Source: Vicinamibacterales bacterium
Lineage (GTDB): Bacteria > Acidobacteriota > Vicinamibacteria > Vicinamibacterales > CAVVIG01
DNA: 64,000 nt
Assembly: GCA_049679965.1 (NCBI GenBank)
Contig: JBAUGX010000176.1
Coordinates: 1,592-65,591 of the forward strand
Direction: 5' to 3'
This document shows, one piece after another, positions 56,146 to 64,000 of the stretch (positions are counted from its first letter, which is position 1; every line of letters starts with the position of its first letter). The notes under the pieces were generated by a model, which worked only from the letters and a program-made list of their open reading frames with translations, ran no database searches and was not told the DNA's origin. The translations under genes were made by a program, and so were the position numbers.

Positions 56146-56618
56146 ATGACTGAAGCGAGAGACCGGCGCCGGGGGCCTCCTGAGCTGATCGGCAGGGCGT
56201 GGTGGCTGGCGGCCCTGGCTTCGGGGGCTCTTCAGCTGGCGTGCCAGGCCGCGCCCGCATCTCCCCCGGCATTTCCGCCGCCGCAGGCCGCTGCCGCGGC
56301 GGTGAATGATCGCTACGACCTCGAGCGCGACGAAAGGCGCGGCGGCCACACGCTCGCGCGGCAGATCGCGCCACCGCGGAGCGCGTGGTGGCCCTGGCGC
56401 TCGCGCAACATCACGCACGCGTTGATCGGTGGCTCGCCCGCCAGGGCCCGCGGCCGAATCTCGCCCTGGACTATCGCGGCGCCGGTCGCGAGCCCATCGG
56501 CCGCAGCCTCGCGCGTCGAGGCCAGCAGGCCCTCGACTGCTCCGATGCGGTGGTCGTGCTGCGGTGGGACGCCCGCGGGTTTTACGTGCTGACCAGCTAT
56601 CCGGAGCTGTCGCGATGA
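56146..56618 (+). pseudogene. Frameshifted secreted RNase A-like (bacterial CdiA-CT RNase A domain-like) toxin
   Basis: Frame 1 (ATG 56146) carries a signal-like N-terminus and YDLERDERRGGHTLARQ. Frame 3, from about 56373, carries TAERVVALAL...LALDYRGAGREPIGR...VVVLRWDARGFYVLTSYP. The two halves of one domain sit in different frames, with the junction near 56368-56373. The expected RH motif reads RQ. Confidence 0.5.
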
Positions 56619-56968
56619 CCGGGCGGGCGCCTCGACGACCAGTGCATCGCCGAACGACGGCGTCGCCGGCCCCGCTGCGTCCCGCTGATTTCGCGGCGCT
56701 CGCCAGTTTCCTCAAAGGGTACCTGCACGAAGACTTTCGAGAGGTGCACGGCTCGGTCCGCGCCGCCGCTGCCGCCTTCTGCGCCGACGCCAACCTGGAC
56801 GAACGCCGGCAGCTCGCCCGCGAGCTCGCGACGCTCGCGCGAATCGGCGCGAACAGGCCGGTACGGGACTTACGGCGCTTTATCACCAGGGATCTGGGAA
56901 GCCGCTGGGAGCCGGCGTCCCGGTCCGAGATCTCGACGCTGCACGACCTGATCCGCGCCGCGATCTGA
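56615..56968 (+). CDS. CdiI-type (contact-dependent inhibition) immunity-like protein
   Basis: It forms an ATGA overlap with the toxin stop. The block LASFLKGYLHEDF...RRQLARELATL...DLRRFI matches the FLxxYFHQDW-type immunity family pattern. Confidence 0.7.
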   Translation: MTGRAPRRPVHRRTTASPAPLRPADFAALASFLKGYLHEDFREVHGSVRAAAAAFCADANLDERRQLARELATLARIGANRPVRDLRRFITRDLGSRWEPASRSEISTLHDLIRAAI

Positions 56969-57342
56969 TGGCTAGGGCGGGTTTCAGTTTCATGTAGCGC
57001 GTCGGCCCCCCGCGCAGGGGTCGTGCCGGTCGGCTGCGGCCGGGTCGCACGCCGGGAAGTCGAGTCTTCGCTCGTACTCTCGCTCGTGGCCGGTCTGCCC
57101 CAGCTCCGCTCGCTCCCGCGGCGACTATGGTTGGTTCGATCGCCGGCCATTCACGGCATACACCGACGAGGCTGGTGCGATCGATACGGATCGCGCGGAC
57201 CGAAGTCGCCGCGACGAATCGCTTCGACTCGACTTCCGGTCACGGATGCAGCGGCGTGCTCCCACGGCCGCTGCCGCCCGGCACGGCCCCTGCGCGACGG
57301 CGGGGCCTGGCGGTGGATGCAAACGAAATTGCTCTAACGGTC

Positions 57343-58035
57343 TCAGGTTTGGGATTCGAGGACCGCGCGATGCGTCACTCCCGCCAGCACGGCGCCGACG
57401 ATCGGTGCGACCCAGAACAGCCAGAGCTGACCAAGCGCCTCTGGACCCGCAAACAGCGCCACGGCGGTTGAACGGGCCGGGTTCACGGATGTGTTGGTGA
57501 CGGGAATGCTGATGAGGTGAATCAGCGTGAGCCCGAGGCCGATCGCGAGCGGGGCGAAACCGCTCGGCGCACGACCGTCAGTCGCCCCGAGGATGATGAT
57601 CAGGAAGGCAAACGTCATGACGACTTCGGTGACCAGTCCTGCCATGAGGGAGTAGCCGCCGGGCGACAACGCGCCATACCCGTTGGAGGCGAACCCGCCC
57701 AGAGCGGAAAACCCCGGCTTCCCGCTCGCGATCACGAAGAGCACCGCGGCTCCCGCGATTCCTCCCAGCACCTGTGCGAGAACGTATGGCGCAAGGTCCT
57801 TCGCCTTGAAGCGGCCGCCCGCCCAGAGCCCGAGCGAGACGGCCGGGTTCAGATGACATCCCGAGACATGCCCGATGGCATAGGCCATCGTCAGCACGGT
57901 GAGCCCGAACGCCAGCGACACACCGAGGAGGCCGATCCCCACTTGGGGAAAGGCCGCCGCGAGGACCGCGCTTCCACAGCCTCCGAGGACCAGCCAACCT
58001 GTCCCGAGAAACTCCGCCGCCAGACGTTTTTGCAT
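57343..58035 (-). CDS. aqpZ: Aquaporin Z
   Basis: ATG 58035 is preceded by GGAGAG. It has two NPA boxes (HLNPAVS, VNPARS) and is 230 aa long. Confidence 0.93.
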   Translation of the reverse strand: MQKRLAAEFLGTGWLVLGGCGSAVLAAAFPQVGIGLLGVSLAFGLTVLTMAYAIGHVSGCHLNPAVSLGLWAGGRFKAKDLAPYVLAQVLGGIAGAAVLFVIASGKPGFSALGGFASNGYGALSPGGYSLMAGLVTEVVMTFAFLIIILGATDGRAPSGFAPLAIGLGLTLIHLISIPVTNTSVNPARSTAVALFAGPEALGQLWLFWVAPIVGAVLAGVTHRAVLESQT

Positions 58036-58351
58036 GTCGTGCTCTCCAGTCAGCTGCCAGGTTGACGCCGGAGCATCGGCCCGGCGGCGAGAATGACAAG
58101 GATGGACGTTACACCATTCGCGGCAGCCAACAACCACCGCAGTCGCGCCAGGTCGGGGCCCGAAAACATTGGGAGCACGTGTAAGCCCATGGTGTTCGCG
58201 GCAGTCATGGTACAGCATGGCCGGAGACGAAGGCGGCGCGCGGCGAAGACTACCACCCTCACGGATACGCGCATGTGGCACCTGCCCGACGCATCGGACA
58301 CCCACGCACCCCGCGTGAGCCGAACCCCAGAGGTCGTGAAACGCTGAAGAA

Positions 58352-61018
58352 TCAATCGTGCCTGAGCGCGGTGACCGGGTCGATCCGTCCTGCACGCAGC
58401 GCAGGAATCAGCGCCGCACCAGCGCACGCCGTGACGATGCAGACCAGGCCTGCGGCGTAGGCGACCGGATCGAAGAGACGCACGGCCGACCCGATCTGCT
58501 CTGCCGCAGGCGTCGCCAACAGCGCGGCGCCGAGCGCGGCCGTGAGGCTGCTGCCGAGGAGCAGCCCAATGCCGACGGGACGAGCGGACTGTGACAACAC
58601 GAGCGCGCCGATGCTTCGGCTGGTCGCGCCAAGGGCCATCCGCACGCCGATCTCCCTGGTGCGTTGTTCGACGAGATACGAGAGCACGCTGAACAGCCCC
58701 GACAGCGTCAACAGAAGCGCCAGCGCTCCAAGCACCAGCGTCAGCCAGAACGGAATACCCAGAAGATACACTCCCGTGCGCGCGATGGTCTGCAACGTGG
58801 AGACTTCACCCATATTGGGATCAATCGCCGCGAGCCGATCGACGAGCGCGTGGCGCGCGCGCTCGGAGTCGCCACGCACACGCAACGTCAGCGACGTCCT
58901 GGCCGCTTCGGCGCCGATCGGCAGGTAGACACCTGCTCCGCCCGCCCTCGTGCCGCCGAGCCAGAAGCCCGCCACGTCCCGGGCGACGCCAACGACGACA
59001 ACGGTGCGCGAGAGCGGCGGCGGGTCGCTCAGGGCAGGCGGGTCCGGTTCGAGCCGGAGCACCTGCCCGACGGCATCGATGCCCGGCCACAGCTGGCGCG
59101 CGACGCGCTCGGATACCACCGCCACCGCGGCGCTTACGCTGCGCTCGGCCTGCGTGAAGCCGCGTCCGCGCAGGAGGTCGATCCCGAGGACGCCAAAGTA
59201 CTCTGGCGACACGAACTGGTACGTGACGGCCGACTTGCCATTCGCACCTTCCGCAAACACAGGGGGGCCGCCCAGCCAGTCCGGCCACGAGGCCGCAACC
59301 GAGGCGACGAGCGGCTCGCTCTTCACCACATCGAGGATGGCCCCACGCTTCTGCTCGTCCAGGATCCTCACGCTGACGATGCCGGCCGTGCGGACACCCG
59401 GATCGACTGCCGCTGCCGCCCACGAGCTGCGCAGGAAGACGGCAGCGCAGATGAGGAGCAGCACAGATCCTGTCACCTGCAGCGCGACGAGCGCGTCCCG
59501 CGCGCGGCCGGGACGGCCGTCACGCACCACCTCGCCGCGAATCGCCCGCACCAGCTCCACGCGCGTGGCCTGAAGCGCCGGTGCGAGCGCGAAGAACAGG
59601 GTCGAGACCATCGCGCCACACACCAGAAACAGCGCGACGCGCCAGTCCGCTGGCGGCACGGCGACACGAAGGGTGCCGATATCCGGCGGAAAGGTGCTCG
59701 TCACCGCGTAGACGACGCCTGCGAGCACGAGCCGTGAAATGCCGAACGCGAGCGCAGCAGACACCAGTGCGAGCAGGAGGCTTTCGGTGAGCAACTGCCA
59801 GATGATGCGGCGCCGCGACGCGCCAATCGCCAGCCGGATGCCGATTTCGCGCTGGCGTGCGACCGCGCGCGCGAGCAGCAGGTTGGCGACGTTCGCCCAC
59901 GCGATCATCAGGATGAGACCGAACGCAAAAAAGAGCGGCATGAACAGCAGCATGACGTCGGCCGACAGCGGGACCGTGCCCTGCCTCGGCTCGAGCACGA
60001 GGCTCGCGGCGGGCCGCCCGCCGGAACGTTCAGCCGCACGCTGCGAGTCCCTCGACTTCGCTCGGGACAGGTCCCACACGAGGAGCTGCGCCAGCGCCTG
60101 ACCGCGCGACAGACCGGGCGTGAGCCGCCCGACGATCAGGAGGCCAACGGTGTCTTCGCGTCCCTCAGGGGTGCGGCGGAACTCGCCAAGAAGGGAGAGC
60201 GGCGCCCAAAAGTCCGGCGCAGCGACCGTCTCCAGTCCGCGAAAGCCTTCCGGCATCACGCCGACAACGTGGACCCGCGCGCCGTTCAGCAGAACCGTGC
60301 GGTCGAGCACTCCGGGATCGCTCTCAAAATGTTGGGTCCACGCACGATGGCTGAGGACTATGGCCGGGGGGCTGCCGGGCTCGTCGTCTGACGTGGTGAG
60401 TATGCGTCCGCGCTCGGCGCTGACACCGAGGAGGTGGAAGAAGTTGCCCGTGACGAGCCGTCCTTCCCTCCTGCGGCCCTCGATCCAACCTTTGATGTCC
60501 GGCGTCGTCGCGAAGGCATCGGAGAACACGCCCGTTTCACGGACGAGCGCGTCATACTGTGCGCGCGTGAAGCCCTCGGGCTCCGCATTGGCCGATGGCT
60601 GACGTTCCACCGCGAACAGCTCGTAAGGGTTGCGCACCTCGTCCACGCGAAAGATGAATGCATTGAGGATCGTGAAGACGGCGGCCACCAGCCCCAGGCC
60701 GAGCCCCACCGTCGTCACAATCGTCAAGGCCGCCAGGGGCGCCCGGCGGAACGAGCGACAGGCGTAGCGGACGTCACGTGCGACCGTGTCGAGCAGCGCC
60801 GTGCCACGCGCGTCACGGCATGCGTCCTTGATCGGCTCGACGCCACCAAACACCCGGCGTGCGTGCAGGCGCGCCGCTTCTCGTGGCATGCCGCTCGCCT
60901 GCAGCCGCTCGGTGTCGCGTTCGAGATGGAACCGCAGTTCCTCGTTCAGATCGGATTCACGGCGATCGCGGAAGAAGAGAGATCGCAGCCGGCTCGTGAG
61001 CATGTGCCAGAGTCGCAC
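58352..61018 (-). CDS. ADOP-family duplicated FtsX/MacB-type permease
   Basis: 888 aa. The N-terminus [23 protein letters not shown] is characteristic, and there are two MacB-periplasmic plus FtsX units. Confidence 0.9.
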   Translation of the reverse strand: MRLWHMLTSRLRSLFFRDRRESDLNEELRFHLERDTERLQASGMPREAARLHARRVFGGVEPIKDACRDARGTALLDTVARDVRYACRSFRRAPLAALTIVTTVGLGLGLVAAVFTILNAFIFRVDEVRNPYELFAVERQPSANAEPEGFTRAQYDALVRETGVFSDAFATTPDIKGWIEGRRREGRLVTGNFFHLLGVSAERGRILTTSDDEPGSPPAIVLSHRAWTQHFESDPGVLDRTVLLNGARVHVVGVMPEGFRGLETVAAPDFWAPLSLLGEFRRTPEGREDTVGLLIVGRLTPGLSRGQALAQLLVWDLSRAKSRDSQRAAERSGGRPAASLVLEPRQGTVPLSADVMLLFMPLFFAFGLILMIAWANVANLLLARAVARQREIGIRLAIGASRRRIIWQLLTESLLLALVSAALAFGISRLVLAGVVYAVTSTFPPDIGTLRVAVPPADWRVALFLVCGAMVSTLFFALAPALQATRVELVRAIRGEVVRDGRPGRARDALVALQVTGSVLLLICAAVFLRSSWAAAAVDPGVRTAGIVSVRILDEQKRGAILDVVKSEPLVASVAASWPDWLGGPPVFAEGANGKSAVTYQFVSPEYFGVLGIDLLRGRGFTQAERSVSAAVAVVSERVARQLWPGIDAVGQVLRLEPDPPALSDPPPLSRTVVVVGVARDVAGFWLGGTRAGGAGVYLPIGAEAARTSLTLRVRGDSERARHALVDRLAAIDPNMGEVSTLQTIARTGVYLLGIPFWLTLVLGALALLLTLSGLFSVLSYLVEQRTREIGVRMALGATSRSIGALVLSQSARPVGIGLLLGSSLTAALGAALLATPAAEQIGSAVRLFDPVAYAAGLVCIVTACAGAALIPALRAGRIDPVTALRHD

Positions 61019-61081
61019 GGTCAGGTCCTCCGCAGCACGAGGAAAGAACGGAGCCGGCCGGAAAAAGTTCCTGCAGGAGGC

Positions 61082-63454
61082 TTACACGTTGGCGGCCTTG
61101 AGCGCCGCCAGCACCCGCGCGTTTCGGAACGGGACCCGGCGCAGACGCACGCCCGTCGCGTCGTAGATCGCGTTGGCCACGGCCGCGAGTAGCGGTTTGT
61201 GCGCCGTCTCGCCGGCGCCGTAGTGCGGCAGGTCTGGCCGGTTCGGGTTCGGATCGCCGTTGACGATCACGATATCCATCGTCTCGGGCGTGTCGGCGTG
61301 GGTCAGCGTGGGATGGGTGGCCCAATCGACGCTTGTCACCTTCTCGGCGTCGAAGCGCACCTCTTCGTACAGCGCGCGGCTCAGCGAGTGCAGCACCCCG
61401 TTCTCGAGCGTGCGCGTGAGCGCCTGCGGGTTGACCACGAGGCCGCAATCGTGAGCGCAGACGATCCGCTTCGCCCACACGCGGCCGGTGCGTCGATTCA
61501 CCTCGACGTCGACGATCTGCGCCACGATGGTCTGGCTGCGCACGGCGTACGCCATGCCGCGGCCCCTCAGAACGTCGCCGCTCTCGATGGGTTTGGGCGA
61601 GGTCCGCGGCGTCCATCCGTACTTCTCGGCCGCGGCCTTGATCGTGGCAATCGAGCGCGCGCGCTTGAAGCCGCTGTCGTCGGCCGTGCTCGCCGCGAGG
61701 GCTCTCAGCCGGAACTCGACGGGATCCGCCTTGGCCGCGGCGGCGAGCTCGTCCATGAACGATTCGGACGCGAACGCGACCTGAGGCCCGTCGGGGTCGC
61801 GAAGGTTGCCCGTGCGAATCGGGTTTTCCCACACGAGCGGCAGGCTCACGATATGGGCGATCGTCCGCGTGTTCGGCACGGCGTACACTTCGACCGGCGT
61901 CGACGAACTCCCCCGTCCGGGCGTGGCGTTCTGTTGGCCCGTGAGCTGCGCGATGAGCACCGTGCCGGGTTCGTTGTAACCGACGTGATTGTGGTCCGCC
62001 GCGCGGCCGTTCCACTCGAGCGCGGTGAGGTTGCCCTGCGCGTCGAGGGCGCCGCGCAGCGTCACGGCATAGGCCGGGCCCTTCGTGTCCCAGGCCGTTT
62101 CCTCCTGCCGGCTCCACTGCACGCGCACGGGCCGTCCCAGTTCCTTCGCCAGAAACGCGGCTTCAAAACCCGCGTCGTCGGCCGCCGTACGACCGAACCC
62201 CTGGGGTCCGTCCATCCACACGACACGCACCTTGTCCCGCGGCATCTGCAGGAATGTCGCCACGCCGTTGCGCATCCCATACGACTTCATGTCGTTCGTA
62301 TAGATCGTCAGCTGGTCGCCAGACGGATCGGCCATCGCGTGCGCCGGCGCGATGGCCGTGTGCCCCTGAAACGGCACGTCGTAGCTCGCTTCCACCACCT
62401 TGACGGCCGACGCGAACGCCGCATCGGGGTTGCCGGCCACGACCGGATTGAAGCTGAACGTCGGGGTCGCGTTCCGCATGTACGTGAAGAGGTTTTCTGA
62501 CGTCGGGAACGGCGGCGTCGCCGGCTTCTGCCAGTCCACTTTGATCTGTCGTGCCGCCCGGATGGCCTGCTCTTCGCGCTCGCAGACGACAGCGACGTAG
62601 TTGCCCTTGCGGACGACCTTCACGAAGCCCGGAAGGCTGCGGACCGACGACTCGTCCACGCTGACAAACTGCGCGCCGGCCACAGGAGGCTTCACATTGC
62701 GCGCGTGCAGCATGCCCGGCGCCTTGACGCCGACTGCCCACTTCGTCGTGCCGTCTACCTTGGGCGGGATGTCGAAGCGCTGTGGCGACTGGCCCGTGTA
62801 CTTCAGCTGCTGTACGGTCTTGAGCGGCGCCCGACCCGTCGTCGCGTTCACGTTGGCGCCGGTCAGCGGTACGTTGAAGCGCCTGCCCCCAATCAGCTGG
62901 CCGTAGGTGACGCGCCTGGATGGATCCGCCATCACCGTGATCACGCCGTCCGCGACAGCCAGCTGAGCCACGGGCACACCCAGGCGGGTCGAACCCATCT
63001 CGAGCAGCACGCGACGGGCCTCGGCCGCCACGCGGCGCATCGGCCAGCCGTCGGTCTGCAGCGCGTCGGACCCGCCGGAGCCGCCCTGGTCCACGGTCAC
63101 GTCGGTCGTTCCCATCACGACCGTCGTCGCGTCGTAGGCCATGTCGAGCTCGTCGGACATGAGCTGGCGGAACGCCGTGCCGGTGCCCTGCCCAAGGTCT
63201 GTCTTGCCGACATGAAACGTCGCCGTGTTGTTCTCGTGGATCACGATCCACGAGTCGAGTTGGCGGAAGTCGAGGTCTGGATAGGGACCGGCGGCCGCCG
63301 TACCCTGTGCGGCGAGGGGCTTGCCGATCGCCATCACCGTCGCCCCGACCACGAGCATGCCTGAAGTTTTCAGGAAGTCGCGGCGCGACGAAGAACCCGC
63401 CTCGCGCGCGAACGCGTCTTCGACGTGGTTCGGAATCGAGGTGAAACGGATCAC
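61082..63454 (-). CDS. Molybdopterin-binding subunit of xanthine dehydrogenase-family oxidoreductase (IorB / aldehyde oxidase beta-like), Tat-exported
   Basis: GTG 63454 is preceded by GGAGG and forms a GTGA overlap with the small-subunit stop. It has the Tat motif SRRDFLKTSG. 790 aa. Confidence 0.9.
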   Translation of the reverse strand: MIRFTSIPNHVEDAFAREAGSSSRRDFLKTSGMLVVGATVMAIGKPLAAQGTAAAGPYPDLDFRQLDSWIVIHENNTATFHVGKTDLGQGTGTAFRQLMSDELDMAYDATTVVMGTTDVTVDQGGSGGSDALQTDGWPMRRVAAEARRVLLEMGSTRLGVPVAQLAVADGVITVMADPSRRVTYGQLIGGRRFNVPLTGANVNATTGRAPLKTVQQLKYTGQSPQRFDIPPKVDGTTKWAVGVKAPGMLHARNVKPPVAGAQFVSVDESSVRSLPGFVKVVRKGNYVAVVCEREEQAIRAARQIKVDWQKPATPPFPTSENLFTYMRNATPTFSFNPVVAGNPDAAFASAVKVVEASYDVPFQGHTAIAPAHAMADPSGDQLTIYTNDMKSYGMRNGVATFLQMPRDKVRVVWMDGPQGFGRTAADDAGFEAAFLAKELGRPVRVQWSRQEETAWDTKGPAYAVTLRGALDAQGNLTALEWNGRAADHNHVGYNEPGTVLIAQLTGQQNATPGRGSSSTPVEVYAVPNTRTIAHIVSLPLVWENPIRTGNLRDPDGPQVAFASESFMDELAAAAKADPVEFRLRALAASTADDSGFKRARSIATIKAAAEKYGWTPRTSPKPIESGDVLRGRGMAYAVRSQTIVAQIVDVEVNRRTGRVWAKRIVCAHDCGLVVNPQALTRTLENGVLHSLSRALYEEVRFDAEKVTSVDWATHPTLTHADTPETMDIVIVNGDPNPNRPDLPHYGAGETAHKPLLAAVANAIYDATGVRLRRVPFRNARVLAALKAANV

Positions 63455-63963
63455 GCCGTCACCTCCTTCGTCGTCGCCGACTGTTCGGAGTCGGCCGTCT
63501 TCGTCACGGACTTGGCTGCCCGCTTGATGGCCGCGTGAATGCCGTAGTACGTCATGCAGCGACAGAGCGTTCCCGCCATTCCCTGGCGGATCTGCGCATC
63601 GGTGGGGTTTGGGTTCTTGTCGAGCAGCACCTTCGCGGTCAACATCTGGCCGTTCTGGCAGTAGCCGCACGCCGGCACCTGTTCGTCGATCCAGGCTTGC
63701 TGGATCGGGTGGAGCTTGCCACCTTGGGCCAGCCCTTCGAGCGTTGTAATCTCGGCCCCCGCTGCCTGCGACATCGGGCGGAGGCACGACCGGACCGCCT
63801 CACCCTTGATGATGACGGTGCACGCACCGCACTGGCCCAGGCCGCACCCGAAACGTGGGCCCTCAAGGCCCAAATCATTCCGGAGGACGTACAGCAGCGG
63901 GGTCGCGGGATCGACGTCCACCGTCTGCGTCTGACCGTTCACCGTCAAGGAAAAGTTGCTCAT
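63451..63963 (-). CDS. [2Fe-2S]-binding small subunit (IorA-like)
   Basis: ATG 63963 gives MSNFSLTVNGQ. Cys clusters GCGLGQCGACTV and CRCMTY are present. Confidence 0.9.
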   Translation of the reverse strand: MSNFSLTVNGQTQTVDVDPATPLLYVLRNDLGLEGPRFGCGLGQCGACTVIIKGEAVRSCLRPMSQAAGAEITTLEGLAQGGKLHPIQQAWIDEQVPACGYCQNGQMLTAKVLLDKNPNPTDAQIRQGMAGTLCRCMTYYGIHAAIKRAAKSVTKTADSEQSATTKEVTA

Positions 63964-64000
63964 CGGCACATCTCCGTTCACCCGAAGGGCGATCTCATCC

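Noticed and set aside
57121-57150. A tRNA-like T-loop string GGTTGGTTCGATCGCC.
   Set aside because: No flanking acceptor stem, anticodon arm or D-arm can be drawn on either strand.
58050-58208. A small ORF (39-53 codons, one TM helix) immediately upstream of aqpZ.
   Set aside because: It has no SD and an ambiguous start (three in-frame ATGs). Its codon bias is only moderate, and it overlaps the 3' end of the ADOP gene region in the longer version. I kept it only as a note inside a low-interest finding.

Overview
This is a very GC-rich bacterial chromosomal segment; third codon positions are almost always G or C. It carries about 57 protein-coding genes on both strands, many joined by 4-nt stop/start overlaps (GTGA/ATGA). 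I recognised no rRNA, tRNA, CRISPR array, transposase or integrase. The 888-aa duplicated FtsX-type ADOP permease (58352-61018) suggests an Acidobacteriota-like genome, but that is inference only. The six-frame track contains many long antisense or over-extended ORFs typical of high-GC DNA, so I reset many starts using conserved N-termini, Shine-Dalgarno (SD) sequences and overlap patterns.

Layout:
- 1-12.7 kb: a sphingolipid/ceramide biosynthesis island. It holds Spt-like oxoamine synthase, ACP, acyl-AMP ligase, a GNAT acyltransferase, a CerR-like reductase and two flavoenzymes, bracketed by two eukaryote-type Delta4-desaturase paralogues.
- 12.7-27 kb: peptidases, pseudouridine synthase, qor-MFS, a thrC-thrB operon, lepB and purA.
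- 27.8-32.9 kb: a PP2C/STAS partner-switching-like operon with an embedded DUF2007-RNase III fusion.
- 33-43 kb: housekeeping and envelope genes.
- 43.3-48.4 kb: three tandem HlyD adaptors plus one FtsX permease, with no ATPase.
- 48.37-48.79 kb: an orphan promoter-to-terminator structured RNA unit upstream of a PAS-GGDEF-EAL gene.
- 51.8-57 kb: a pseudo-sigma54 AAA protein, a HerA/YjgR-like ATPase, mscL, and a frameshifted RNase A-like toxin with an intact immunity gene.
- 57.3-64 kb: aqpZ, the ADOP permease and a molybdopterin oxidoreductase pair.

A family of tandem heptamer repeats (AAGTCTG / CAGACTT-like) sits at four gene junctions. One copy separates an amine oxidase from a permease that lacks a canonical start codon.
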